A stretch of 64,000 nt of DNA, taken from the IMG/VR virus record IMGVR_UViG_3300045921_000191, positions 46,656 to 110,655 of that record. One strand, given 5' to 3'. A program made the translations under genes and the position numbers. This document shows positions 32,033 to 41,635 of the stretch, piece by piece. Position 1 is the stretch's first letter. Every line of letters begins with the position of its first letter. The stretch is from a virus. The notes under the pieces were generated by a model. That model made no database searches, was not told the DNA's origin, and saw only the letters and a program-made list of their open reading frames with translations.

Positions 32033-32090
32033 ACCAGATTCTCCTTCAAATCTATCACATTAAAACCCTTTTTTTTCAAAAGGGACTGTT

Positions 32091-33023
32091 TTAATCCTCT
32101 TCAGGGCTCGTATTTATATTTGTAGCAGTGGGACTATCTGGGTTTGGATTAGGCGCTTTAATAGTCAGATCGAAGCAATCTACCAGATTAACCTCGGTTT
32201 GGTTCCAATCAAATTCTGATATACAAGACATGTCTAAAAACCTACTGAAGATATTTTCGCCTTGATATTGATCGGCACGATCATACATACCGCCTGTGCC
32301 TTTATCCAAGTGAATACCACGAGCAATCATTGAATCTTTTCGAGACTTTAGAATCCATACTAGTATATAATACAAGTACTTAGACAGGTGTACATCATCT
32401 TTAGAGTGGCAACCTATACTTACGACCTCTTTTAGTCGGATCATATTACGTTCAACTCGGCTGATATCAATTCTGCTTACGATTTGACCCGCTGCGTTAA
32501 GAGTTGGCTCTTTTCCCGAACCGATATTAATATATTTGTCCCCAGACATATTACTGTTGCCTGATCCGATGTCGAACTCAACAGAGTTCGCATCTATAAA
32601 AATCATACCAGGACAAATGCTCTCTAAATTAGCAGCAGGATCAATTGTAAGCTTGCCAGTGACTGTATCATACGCTGTTGGAACTACAGGGTCGGCATAT
32701 ACTTTAGGGTCTTTAGGGCTATCTCGGTCTTCCAGGTAGTCGTCGAATTGTTGTAGATCCTCGCTCTCATCGGAGCGAAGCATTTGTATGGAGTAACACG
32801 GCATTGTGGTTGGAACCATTGCCCAAGATTGAACAATCCGAATTTGATTATTTGTGATATATGTTTTTAACTCGTCAATCTTAGATTGACCATATTGATT
32901 GTTAAAATGGGCAGCAGTGAAACGGCTAAACAGGTCGTCAAGAATCGCTGGATTGGAGCGAATAAGTCCCAGTCCATCCCTAATTACAGATTCAAGTACA
33001 AACTCACTTAAAGGAAATCCCAT
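32091..33023 (-). CDS. Tail terminator/completion (neck) protein
   Basis: Position before the sheath; PCYSIQM..SDE motif. Confidence 0.65.
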   Translation of the reverse strand: MGFPLSEFVLESVIRDGLGLIRSNPAILDDLFSRFTAAHFNNQYGQSKIDELKTYITNNQIRIVQSWAMVPTTMPCYSIQMLRSDESEDLQQFDDYLEDRDSPKDPKVYADPVVPTAYDTVTGKLTIDPAANLESICPGMIFIDANSVEFDIGSGNSNMSGDKYINIGSGKEPTLNAAGQIVSRIDISRVERNMIRLKEVVSIGCHSKDDVHLSKYLYYILVWILKSRKDSMIARGIHLDKGTGGMYDRADQYQGENIFSRFLDMSCISEFDWNQTEVNLVDCFDLTIKAPNPNPDSPTATNINTSPEED

Positions 33024-33025
33024 AT

Positions 33026-33718
33026 TTAAAAATACCTTGACAACATTGTATCAAATATCTCAGATACTTCAAGCTCTAAATCATCTAAAACTCTAGCGCC
33101 CTCTCTAGGAGTGGCTGGCCACTTTTTACCCTCTGATAGGCGCACTATATTCAAAAACTGAGTCGAAGAGTTAGATGGATTGACGGATTTGATGACATCT
33201 TTAACACGTTGCACTATTCTATTCTCAATTTTGACTCCGCCCCTTTTAACATCAGAGAACTTGTACGGTCTTTGTGAAAACTGCTTTATTAGGTCATCGG
33301 CGCTTTTAAACTGCTTAACGTTGTAGATATCTCCTTTGACTGAGATATTTCCTGCTGCGTCAGCGTCACGCGACATTGGAACGTCTACATAACGCTTGCC
33401 AGTTTCTTTGTTATACTTAGCTCGATTGCCTTTTAGGATCATGTCGGAGATCTCTCCAGCGGCAATTTGATCCTTTTCCATTAAATGGGCAAGTTTGCCT
33501 TCAATAGTAATAATGTAATTTCCATCTTCAATTTTATGAAACTTATATCCACTGTTCCAATGTTTAAGTCCATTTCTAAGACGCTGAGATGCTAGTTTTT
33601 TACCGCGAGCGTAAACGGCTTCGGTAGTGGCAGCGGTGGCTGCGTTTAATTGACTCTTGAAAGCGTCAACAATTTCTTGCTCATTAAAATCAGATAATTC
33701 AAATTTAAGCTTTAACAT
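33026..33718 (-). CDS. Neck/head-completion protein
   Basis: Position; LME...MILKG...GKRYVDVPM. Confidence 0.55.
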   Translation of the reverse strand: MLKLKFELSDFNEQEIVDAFKSQLNAATAATTEAVYARGKKLASQRLRNGLKHWNSGYKFHKIEDGNYIITIEGKLAHLMEKDQIAAGEISDMILKGNRAKYNKETGKRYVDVPMSRDADAAGNISVKGDIYNVKQFKSADDLIKQFSQRPYKFSDVKRGGVKIENRIVQRVKDVIKSVNPSNSSTQFLNIVRLSEGKKWPATPREGARVLDDLELEVSEIFDTMLSRYF

Positions 33719-34482
33719 TATGACTCATTAGGGTCATAGTATTGATTTGCAGCTATAGTTTGACCCTGACCGTCCTTTCTTTCTAAAAGGTAATCACGTT
33801 TCAAAATCCAAGTTTCAGGCATTTTGACGTAAGTTTTACCATTCACAGTCTTAGATCCAGGGGTAGCTGATCTTAAATTAAACTGTGAATATCTATCTCG
33901 ATGTACTGCTTTGATTGCTCGATACACTGGATGATATTTATAATAGACCGAGTAGATTTTTTTATCGGCTGGTTTGTGAGTTCCAATCCACTTAATAGAG
34001 CCGTTTTGGTCTAGAGTGAAATCTGTTCCAAAATGAAAACGTTCTTGTGTTGTACTATTTACCGCTATAAAAAGCCCTAGCACATCACAAGCAGGATACT
34101 TTAATACGTCCGTATCTGTTCCAACTTGCCGCTGAACTGCTTCGTAAAAGTCTTCAGAGAAGTCTAATAAAGCTACTTTGGTATAAATATGTAGAGTCGT
34201 GCCTGTAAGAAACGAGACTAAGATCTCGTCCATGTTAAAGGTGCCTTGTAGTTTATACTGCTCTATCAGATCTTGTTGCTGAAACAGAGCAATAGTCTCC
34301 TGGCAATCGAAATCGATCATGTTATTTCTGCAAAGTTGGCAGTTAATATCGTGATCCATTGATTCTAAACTTTTAAAATTTGGGCAAACGGTTGACTTCC
34401 ATATACGAACGCGAACACCTAGATCCCTAATAAGTTGATCTAGACGGTCTACGTTAATACCAAAAGTCAGCGGCTTGCCCAT
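33718..34482 (-). CDS. Head closure/neck protein
   Basis: GVRVRIWKSTVCP...CQLC zinc motif; YSVYYKYHPVY. Confidence 0.7.
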   Translation of the reverse strand: MGKPLTFGINVDRLDQLIRDLGVRVRIWKSTVCPNFKSLESMDHDINCQLCRNNMIDFDCQETIALFQQQDLIEQYKLQGTFNMDEILVSFLTGTTLHIYTKVALLDFSEDFYEAVQRQVGTDTDVLKYPACDVLGLFIAVNSTTQERFHFGTDFTLDQNGSIKWIGTHKPADKKIYSVYYKYHPVYRAIKAVHRDRYSQFNLRSATPGSKTVNGKTYVKMPETWILKRDYLLERKDGQGQTIAANQYYDPNES

Positions 34483-34491
34483 AATTACCTT

Positions 34492-34872
34492 TTACTTCTT
34501 TTGAGAAAGTTTTTGAATATCTTCCGCACTCATAACCGTGTTGCCTTTGTTGCGAGCGTTAGCTACATAATCTTGAGGAGACTCTTTAAAGTTACTTAAA
34601 ACTGTCCCTCGTGGAGTCTGAGCCACAGAGCTACCGAGAGTAAAGCCGCTAAAAAGGCCAGGTGCAAATTTGACCTTTTTCGGCGCAGGTTCGGATTCTT
34701 GCGTTTTATTTTCTTCAGTTTCACCAGTAACTCCCTCTGCCTTTACTTCGGCAGGAGCTGGAGTAGAACCAGGGATTACTGAAGTTTCAACTTGCTTAAC
34801 TTCATCACCTGGAGACGGAGGAGTAGCATCCTCATATCCAGCAGTCATTGCTTTTTTAAGTTCTTTGCTCAT
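34492..34872 (-). CDS. Putative internal head protein
   Basis: N-terminus LKKAMTAGY resembles the capsid KALSAG motif; low complexity. Confidence 0.5.
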   Translation of the reverse strand: MSKELKKAMTAGYEDATPPSPGDEVKQVETSVIPGSTPAPAEVKAEGVTGETEENKTQESEPAPKKVKFAPGLFSGFTLGSSVAQTPRGTVLSNFKESPQDYVANARNKGNTVMSAEDIQKLSQKK

Positions 34873-35213
34873 TTCTGTTCTCCCTTTTTCCGTTTTACAA
34901 AACTCTTAATTAGATCAAAGCTTCCTTGAATGAAGCTTTCTAAAGATTTCTTGGCTTTTTCGTCCTTAGTTTTATAATCATTTTTACCAGAAGGTCCTAT
35001 ATTAAATTGTCCACCATAAGGACCATACATAACGGGCTTTTTAATATGTTTGGGTCCATATTCTTTTTTCTTAGACTCGTCCACATGTTTAGCTTTTGGC
35101 TTTTTAGGATCAGGTCTACTAACGCTGTCAATTTTAACATCGCCTTCGGTTTTTCTCTTTTTACGATGCCTCTTAACGGCGTCTAAAATTTTCTTCTTTT
35201 TAGCATTATCCAT
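34869..35213 (-). CDS. Basic hypothetical protein (putative internal head protein)
   Basis: Lys-rich; AKKSL and LIKSF motifs. Confidence 0.5.
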   Translation of the reverse strand: MDNAKKKKILDAVKRHRKKRKTEGDVKIDSVSRPDPKKPKAKHVDESKKKEYGPKHIKKPVMYGPYGGQFNIGPSGKNDYKTKDEKAKKSLESFIQGSFDLIKSFVKRKKGEQK

Positions 35214-35967
35214 TTTGTTTTCTCTCCTTAAGTTTGTTATGAGAGTTTTTTAGAGCAGTTTGGAGAGACTTAAAACTCTCCTTATACTCATTTTGAACAT
35301 TAGTAATTTTTTCGGCAGAGGTTTTTACGCCTTCTTGGTTGCCGCTGGCGGCATGTTCTTTTCCAAGTTTCTTAAGGTTATCGACTCGGTTTTTGATCTC
35401 AATCAACTTATTAAGTCTTTTTTCGATTTCGGGTTTGTCTTCTGGAAGAATTCTACCGTTTAACTTTTTCATAAACTGGTTTACTTGTGCTTTTCCATGT
35501 TCAGTCGAGAAATCGCGTTTATCTTTAGTCTCGTGATCGCCGTAGTAATGTCCCGTAGATACGTCTACCCAAACACCCTCGTTGATTTTCTTTCTACCAT
35601 TGCGGATAGTTCCAATGGGAAATCTTCTAGCAGACCGCTTACCAGAAATCGATTTAGGCGTGGCTCCTGTACTTTTAGGAGTAGCAGAGGTCACTGGTTT
35701 TGGGCCAGTTCCTGGTAATGCTTTACTTACAGAATCAAGATTAACCATCAAGCCGTCATCTAGCAAGTTTAAAAGTTTATCTCTAGGATAAGCTACTTTA
35801 TTTCCATGTGAATCTTCCAAAATACAAATCTCGGAATCAGATTTAGTCAACATCTTGTACTGATTATTGAACATAGAAACTTTACTATTTTGAGCAGGCA
35901 AGCGACTAGCTTTAAGATTCCGCCTCTCTGACATATATTTGCTAATAAAGTCTTTATGCTTGCTCAT
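35206..35967 (-). CDS. Basic hypothetical protein (putative internal head protein)
   Basis: LTKS and VSKA motifs, FPIGTIR...K...GVW module, C-terminal coiled coil. Confidence 0.5.
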   Translation of the reverse strand: MSKHKDFISKYMSERRNLKASRLPAQNSKVSMFNNQYKMLTKSDSEICILEDSHGNKVAYPRDKLLNLLDDGLMVNLDSVSKALPGTGPKPVTSATPKSTGATPKSISGKRSARRFPIGTIRNGRKKINEGVWVDVSTGHYYGDHETKDKRDFSTEHGKAQVNQFMKKLNGRILPEDKPEIEKRLNKLIEIKNRVDNLKKLGKEHAASGNQEGVKTSAEKITNVQNEYKESFKSLQTALKNSHNKLKERKQNG

Positions 35968-35970
35968 AAA

Positions 35971-36759
35971 TTATTTTTGATTTTGCTGCACTGCAAAAAG
36001 GATTTGATTAAAACGTTCTTTTTCTTGTTCCCAGTTGCTTAAAATGAATTTAGCAGCTTCAGTGTCATTTGTAAATTGCTGAAACTGGTTATTACGTCTC
36101 CACGACTTAATGGCTTTTTTCATCAAATCTTGAGGATGTTGTCTTGCATTTCGAAAGTCAGAAACAAAGTCTTTAATGGACTTTTGCATTTCAAATTCAA
36201 AATCTCCCATTTTAATTCTAACGGATTTGGGACCGTCTGAGGGAGCTTCTATAATAACTGGAGCAGGTGCTACTGGGGCAGGGGTTGAGGCTAGGATTGG
36301 TTCGTAGTCTGCTTTTTGGATAAAGCCTTTGACCATTAGAGTTTTAGCAGCAATCTCTAAAGTTACATCAGATAATTTTTCTACTACCTGACCTTGGATA
36401 TCTGAAAAATCGCAATTATATAAATTGTCGGCCTTTTGAGCAAGAGTTAGAGTCCCTTTTAAAAAAGGAATCTTATAAATGCCTTGATGTCTTTCTGCGT
36501 CAGTATTTTCCTTAGAATCGTGGCCTTTATACATGCAGTTTCGCATGTAATCTAAAAGAGAAGAAGGAGTACCCTCCTCCGCTGCCTGTTGATCTTTAGC
36601 GTCAATAGACACAAACTGATCTTGATAATCGTAAGATTTTTTGACTTTAATGCCAGCACTTAGCTGTTCTTTATCAAAATCTTTTGGACTCTTATTGTCG
36701 GCAGTACCCCCTGGGAGTCTGTCTTTATATGATTTAAGGAAGGTTTTAACTTTACTCAT
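35971..36759 (-). CDS. Hypothetical protein (putative internal head protein)
   Basis: FLKS, VKKS, IQKA, MQKS, MKKA motifs; N-terminal LPGGTAD...DFDKEQLSAGIKV fragment. Confidence 0.5.
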   Translation of the reverse strand: MSKVKTFLKSYKDRLPGGTADNKSPKDFDKEQLSAGIKVKKSYDYQDQFVSIDAKDQQAAEEGTPSSLLDYMRNCMYKGHDSKENTDAERHQGIYKIPFLKGTLTLAQKADNLYNCDFSDIQGQVVEKLSDVTLEIAAKTLMVKGFIQKADYEPILASTPAPVAPAPVIIEAPSDGPKSVRIKMGDFEFEMQKSIKDFVSDFRNARQHPQDLMKKAIKSWRRNNQFQQFTNDTEAAKFILSNWEQEKERFNQILFAVQQNQK

Positions 36760-37577
36760 TATGGCACCACAAATTGGAAGCCGTTATAATACTTCCTGAC
36801 AGTTTCTACATAATCTTTCAATTTCTTTCTATAGCCGTCTATTCTAGCCGAATAAGCGCTGTACATGGCCGAAGCGGTTAGGGTTTTGCCGACGCTTGCG
36901 CCGTCTAAGCCTACACTCTCACTAGCTACTCCAGGCCCGAGTACAATGTCTCCTAAGATCTCAAATATACCAATGGAAGCTTGAAGTCCAATCATGTCGT
37001 TAATAATTACTGGAATTTGGTCAGCACAAAAGCCTGCGGTATAGTCTACCTCGAATAGATGTGGCCACGACTCTTTAGATCCATACATCAAAGGAGCGTA
37101 AGCTCCTCCTGAAGTGGTAACGATACTGTTGTAACTTCCCGTTGACGGAGACAGTTGAAGTTGTCCTGATTCTTTTTCTAAAACAAACCATTCAGGTGGA
37201 TAGTCAATTAATTCTTGACTGTTTGCTAATTTGGCTTTTAAAGAATGGACTTCGGCGGCGGGTCGCTTCTTCAAATGAAGAAGGTTAAATTCAGTATAAT
37301 CCACAGCTCGATAATCGTATCGTTCTAAAAACCGTGCAGGGGTGATACAGATATCTAGCTTATGTTGTAAATAAGATATTGCCGTATTAATCTGATGCTG
37401 AATGGTTTCTAATGGAAGCTCGTTACCATTGCTGTCGGTCAGGTCGATTCCGAACAAATACCTAGCCTTTAATTGCTCAGGGGTCAGCATCGCCTCTGTT
37501 TGTGTAAAAGCATTGCTGCTAATTTGATTTGGAAGAGTTCCTACTCCGCTCATTTTATGCCTCGAAAAAGAGTCCAC
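36759..37577 (-). CDS. Head-tail adaptor/connector protein
   Basis: LKARYLFGIDL, ERYDY, VDYTAGF, GVASESVGLDG.S...TASAMYSAYSARI; typical of the SPO1/Twort-like post-capsid adaptor. Confidence 0.8.
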   Translation of the reverse strand: MDSFSRHKMSGVGTLPNQISSNAFTQTEAMLTPEQLKARYLFGIDLTDSNGNELPLETIQHQINTAISYLQHKLDICITPARFLERYDYRAVDYTEFNLLHLKKRPAAEVHSLKAKLANSQELIDYPPEWFVLEKESGQLQLSPSTGSYNSIVTTSGGAYAPLMYGSKESWPHLFEVDYTAGFCADQIPVIINDMIGLQASIGIFEILGDIVLGPGVASESVGLDGASVGKTLTASAMYSAYSARIDGYRKKLKDYVETVRKYYNGFQFVVP

Positions 37578-37806
37578 CTTTCTTGGTGATTACTCTTCCT
37601 TTAAAATTCTCTGCCATCAACTGCATGAATCGTTTTGGTTGATTATTAAACAGAATAGCTTCTAGATAATCTTTTATGTCTTTTTGAAGTTGTTCAGAAG
37701 AGTTAAGAACTCGGTTCCTAATGCACACCAGGGCCGCCTTATCATTAGGATGTTTCCTAACATAATCTACATCTTTGAGAGCCTCTTCCATGGTTTCATA
37801 TTTCAT
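37555..37806 (-). CDS. Hypothetical protein (likely start MKYET at 37806)
   Basis: ORF track entry trimmed to avoid overlap with the endolysin. Confidence 0.55.
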   Translation of the reverse strand: MKYETMEEALKDVDYVRKHPNDKAALVCIRNRVLNSSEQLQKDIKDYLEAILFNNQPKRFMQLMAENFKGRVITKKGGLFFEA

Positions 37807-37807
37807 A

Positions 37808-38206
37808 TTATTTATTCTTTCTAAAATTCCAACGAGCTTTTGAGCCTCTACTGTCGATATGAGTAAAGGTATCATATCTCCCGAGGCCGTCAAAATGCTC
37901 GCACGAGCTTGCTACTTGTTCTGGAGTCATACCAGACACTACAATATCAGTTGCGTCAGAGATTAAATGCCTAGATTTTGACGAGCCGCCTTCAGCAGCA
38001 TTGTGTTTTGGACATCTAAAACCTGAAGTAATTTTAACAGGTTTGCCCCATTTATCTCTCATTAATTGTAGCTTCTCAACGTGGTCCAAGTCAATAATAG
38101 TTTGCTTGCATTCTGCATTCTTACAATTACAGTCCCACTCATTTGACCAAAAATTCTTGGTCATTTGAACTTTTTCGCCTCGTTTATAAATTCTGATTTT
38201 AGCCAT
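37808..38206 (-). CDS. Endolysin, peptidase M15A (Zn D-Ala-D-Ala/L,D-type) family
   Basis: ITSGFRCPKHNAAEGGSSKSRHL..ATD...GLGRY..FTHIDSRG; no cell-wall-binding domain. Confidence 0.88.
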   Translation of the reverse strand: MAKIRIYKRGEKVQMTKNFWSNEWDCNCKNAECKQTIIDLDHVEKLQLMRDKWGKPVKITSGFRCPKHNAAEGGSSKSRHLISDATDIVVSGMTPEQVASSCEHFDGLGRYDTFTHIDSRGSKARWNFRKNK

Positions 38207-38586
38207 TAGCAGTTCACCAAGCTCACTTTCTGAAGTCCCATCTGAAGGATGGCAATAGACACGTTAGGGCCTTCTGTAACTTTTAGAATTAGATTTTGGC
38301 TAATTAAAACAGCGGTTTCTGACGCCGAAAGAGACAATAAAAGCACTGATCGGTCATCATCGGGAAATTTAAGAGTGGGGACCTTTACAAGAACCGTGCC
38401 GTCTGATCTAAGCAAATCCACAGAAAAGGTAGCTCCAGCGGCGGGAACATATCGTAGTTTTTTACTAGGTTGCCATAGTTGCATTACAACTTCGGCAGTT
38501 TCTCCGCCTACGACAGAAGCGGACGACATGATTTGAAACGCATTCAGCGTGCAATCACTATTAAGTATATTTAAAGAAAGTGACAT
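38206..38586 (-). CDS. Hypothetical protein
   Basis: 126 aa, RYVPAAGA motif, coupled to the endolysin. Confidence 0.55.
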   Translation of the reverse strand: MSLSLNILNSDCTLNAFQIMSSASVVGGETAEVVMQLWQPSKKLRYVPAAGATFSVDLLRSDGTVLVKVPTLKFPDDDRSVLLLSLSASETAVLISQNLILKVTEGPNVSIAILQMGLQKVSLVNC

Positions 38587-38639
38587 TTAAAACCTCTACC
38601 TACATTATATACTAAGCTCTTGAGAATAAAAGCTAATTC

Positions 38640-39023
38640 TTAGCTAAACAGGTTGTAGATAGCTGCTATAGCCCCTGCTAAAGCTCCTAGGCCAATAATC
38701 CATTGTCCTATTGTTTTTATAATCTTTCTTGGTTCTTCTAATGCAGCAACTCTAGAATCTACTTTTCGTATTTCAAGTTTTAAAGCTTCTTCTCTAAGCT
38801 CGTTGTCCCGCTTTAGTTGAATACTTCTATCGTGGTGTTCTTGCAGAATTTCGTTTTGCTGTTTATCTAGGGATCTAATTCCCTCTAGCTCAAATTCGGT
38901 CTTTTGGATATGAAGATCTAAATCTCTGCGCAAATAATGCACTAAGTTATTTGTGTCTTCAGACTTTTCAAGAACTTTCTTTAAAAGTTCAAGGTAAATG
39001 CCTGATTTATCTTCTTGATCCAT
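38640..39023 (-). CDS. Holin/hemolysin XhlA-like protein (coiled coil plus one C-terminal TM)
   Basis: RVAALE followed by WIIGLGALAGAIAAIYNLF; near the endolysin. Confidence 0.55.
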   Translation of the reverse strand: MDQEDKSGIYLELLKKVLEKSEDTNNLVHYLRRDLDLHIQKTEFELEGIRSLDKQQNEILQEHHDRSIQLKRDNELREEALKLEIRKVDSRVAALEEPRKIIKTIGQWIIGLGALAGAIAAIYNLFS

Positions 39024-39032
39024 TTTAATTCC

Positions 39033-39530
39033 TCATTTACTACTCAGTAGCTCATATATGTCTTTTGGGGTAATTTCGTCTAGATTTTGTGAAATAGAGT
39101 ATCCAAGTTCTATTAAAACTTCGGCCACCAATTCACAGCATATGTAATGCGATCTTCCGTCTTTAAAGGGGTTTGATCCCTTAAAACCCAAAAAATTCAT
39201 TAATTTAGCTAATCCTAGCCCTACTAGTTGCTTAACGGAATATGGTGCTCCAGCTTGATCCATAGCAAACTGGATGACTTTCTTTCTCGTAGCATCTGAC
39301 AACAGTATATCAAATTTATCGACTGTTTGGTTTATGGAATCGAACCTTTTTCCCTCCATAAAATGGACCATACTGCCAGAAGCTTGATATATCACATCTC
39401 GCTGTAAATATTCAGAATTCCATCTAATAAACACATGAGAGAACTCGGTTCCCTCTAGCCAGCGAATTAAGGTAGAAAGGATCTTCCACTTTGATTTTGC
39501 CTTGGAAAATCCAATAGTTAGAGTCTGCAT
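39033..39530 (-). CDS. Permuted papain-like amidase (YaeF/YiiX, C92-like)
   Basis: FSHV His motif, GAPYS, YICCELVA Cys motif, ITPKDI. Confidence 0.8.
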   Translation of the reverse strand: MQTLTIGFSKAKSKWKILSTLIRWLEGTEFSHVFIRWNSEYLQRDVIYQASGSMVHFMEGKRFDSINQTVDKFDILLSDATRKKVIQFAMDQAGAPYSVKQLVGLGLAKLMNFLGFKGSNPFKDGRSHYICCELVAEVLIELGYSISQNLDEITPKDIYELLSSK

Positions 39531-39535
39531 GAGTA

Positions 39536-40204
39536 TCAGTCTTTTACTTCATTCATTATCAAGTTTATGCCAATAGTTTTGGCAGAAACAGAATTATAAG
39601 TAACTTTTAGCATCATCCCTTGATAAAGGTCTGCATCAAACTGGGAAGTTCTGATGTAATAGTCTTTTGGAACATTTACGCTGTATGCAAATTGATTTAG
39701 TTTTAAATTTGGATATCCAGAATAAGAGCCTTGAGCATCATCATAAACTTCAAAATCGCAATAATCAAGAGTTTCGGCTCCAATAACCTCTACTCCTAAA
39801 AGCTTTACCCAAGGATAATTTATTACATAGGTAATGGTATTTGTGCCTTGATCTAAGGCTTGTTGAATACCTGTGTTGCGGGCATATAATTTCTTAACTA
39901 CACCACCTACCACCAGCGTTTTTGCGGCAAAAGACGGTATGCTTTGAATGTTTAAATCGGGTTGAGAAGTTATAGCTACTTGCTGAACTGAATTTTCTGG
40001 CAATGGAGTGTTGTCGTGTGCAGCAACAAGTGCATTGAGTATAGTCTCATCGCCTTCCGATAGTTCCGATTTAAACCATATATCTGTTTTTGCTGGCGAG
40101 GAAGCTGTTTCAATGTGGTCTAGCGCTATTATTATTTCGGATTGCGAGATTTCTAAAGCAATTTTATCCGAGTCACAAAGAACATCAAATGTGTATTTTT
40201 TCAT
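39536..40204 (-). CDS. Hypothetical structural protein (likely start MKKYTF at 40204)
   Basis: ELSEGDETILNALVAAH motif; TAATG overlap. Confidence 0.55.
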   Translation of the reverse strand: MKKYTFDVLCDSDKIALEISQSEIIIALDHIETASSPAKTDIWFKSELSEGDETILNALVAAHDNTPLPENSVQQVAITSQPDLNIQSIPSFAAKTLVVGGVVKKLYARNTGIQQALDQGTNTITYVINYPWVKLLGVEVIGAETLDYCDFEVYDDAQGSYSGYPNLKLNQFAYSVNVPKDYYIRTSQFDADLYQGMMLKVTYNSVSAKTIGINLIMNEVKD

Positions 40205-41016
40205 TATGCAATCCTCCAAATAAACATTCGCGCCTGTTGCACAAAAATTGTCGTCGAGCTACCTGTCCATTTAAAGTCAAAAGTGTAGGTATTCACCCCC
40301 GAAATGCCAGGAGTCCTCTTAAAACCAGAAAGAAGCTGCCTATCCTGGGTTCTAGCTGTTGAAGGACTCCAGGCGACGATGTCGGAACCGTTCAGTTGAA
40401 ACCTGAAATCAGCTTCACGGTTTGCATTGGAAGATCTCCAGATGAACTGGAAGTTTAAAAGATAGTCTCCAAGAGGAAGACTCGCGGGAGTTGTGAGTGT
40501 AAGCTTGTTCGCCCATGTCGTGCCAGAGTTGTTTGAAGTTTCTGACTCATCTACAACATCATAAATCTGGGTTCCGAACACGTTTCCGTTATCAAGAGTG
40601 TATGTAAGTGCCCAGTTTCCATTTGATGTTCCGTTATCTCTCAAAAGCACGAAAGTCTGTCCATTGGCTTTTAAAGTAGCCAAAGTAGTGCCGCCTGCGT
40701 TTTTAATTAAAACAGATTGAGAGGATAAGTTCCAAATTTCATAATGATGACCTTTTGTTAAGGTAGTTGCATTTGGTAAAACCAAGGAATGACCAACTGC
40801 TGTTCCTATGAATACCTGCAAGCTATTGCTGGTCGCCGTTAATGTGGTGGTTCCTGCTGCTGATGTTGTTATCTCAGATTGATCGAGTGCTATTCTTTGT
40901 CTGACTTCTTTAAGAGCAGATTGTACTTCAGTTGATTGAAATGATGAAGCTGTATTATCAAATGGAACAGAACCCGCTACTGGAGATTTATAGATGGGTC
41001 CGAATCCTTTTGACAT
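40204..41016 (-). CDS. Head fibre/decoration-like protein
   Basis: VPFDN...VQSALKE; LVLPNATTL..G..YEIWN module; beta-sandwich C-terminus. Confidence 0.55.
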   Translation of the reverse strand: MSKGFGPIYKSPVAGSVPFDNTASSFQSTEVQSALKEVRQRIALDQSEITTSAAGTTTLTATSNSLQVFIGTAVGHSLVLPNATTLTKGHHYEIWNLSSQSVLIKNAGGTTLATLKANGQTFVLLRDNGTSNGNWALTYTLDNGNVFGTQIYDVVDESETSNNSGTTWANKLTLTTPASLPLGDYLLNFQFIWRSSNANREADFRFQLNGSDIVAWSPSTARTQDRQLLSGFKRTPGISGVNTYTFDFKWTGSSTTIFVQQARMFIWRIA

Positions 41017-41017
41017 A

Positions 41018-41326
41018 TTATGCGAATTCCTGAACTATAACAGTGGCGCTCCCGCTATTCTTAATCATAAAGACTCCAATATCGCCTATAGGAAGAGAAA
41101 CCGATTGATCCTTTTTCAACTCGTCGCCAGTAGAAGTAGTTACTCCAGCGGGGCCAAACCAAATGCTGCCAGGTCCTTGATTGGTTATAGTCAGAGCTTC
41201 TCGATTGGTTAATCTAGAGCCTCCGACCTTAGCTTCTATAGCGGACGTAGACACTGTTACGGGTCCTGAAACGTACCCGTCTTGCATTACATCAGAATAT
41301 TCTCCAGTACTACTTAGTCCCGACAT
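41018..41326 (-). CDS. Small decoration-like beta protein
   Basis: R..LTITNQG...WFGPAGVTTSTG module shared with 41636-42517. Confidence 0.55.
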   Translation of the reverse strand: MSGLSSTGEYSDVMQDGYVSGPVTVSTSAIEAKVGGSRLTNREALTITNQGPGSIWFGPAGVTTSTGDELKKDQSVSLPIGDIGVFMIKNSGSATVIVQEFA

Positions 41327-41561
41327 CTTTTTTTGCTCGCTTCTTTTTAGGTTCTTCCAAAACTGCTGCTGGTTCTTTTGGCATTTGAGGGGCTGCTAAT
41401 TTTGGTGACAAATCTTCTTCAATACGTTTTTTAAGTTCGGCGGCCCAGTCCATTACTCTCGCAACAGCTATAACCTCATTACCTTTTAACTCATGTTGTG
41501 CTTTTGCTAGAACTTCAATTAATACATTTGAGCAAATCGCATCGCGTTTATTTACTAACAT
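41310..41561 (-). CDS. Hypothetical protein
   Basis: GGAGG RBS, 83 aa. Confidence 0.55.
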   Translation of the reverse strand: MLVNKRDAICSNVLIEVLAKAQHELKGNEVIAVARVMDWAAELKKRIEEDLSPKLAAPQMPKEPAAVLEEPKKKRAKKDVGTK

Positions 41562-41576
41562 TTATCCTCCAAAAAC

Positions 41577-41611
41577 AAAAAAGGGTAGTAGAGCATTACC
41601 CCTACTACCCT
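41577..41611 (-). terminator. Intrinsic terminator
   Basis: AGGGTAGTAG...CTACTACCCT stem followed by a T tract. Confidence 0.85.
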
Positions 41612-41635
41612 ACATCTTATCCTAAGTGTTAGGAT

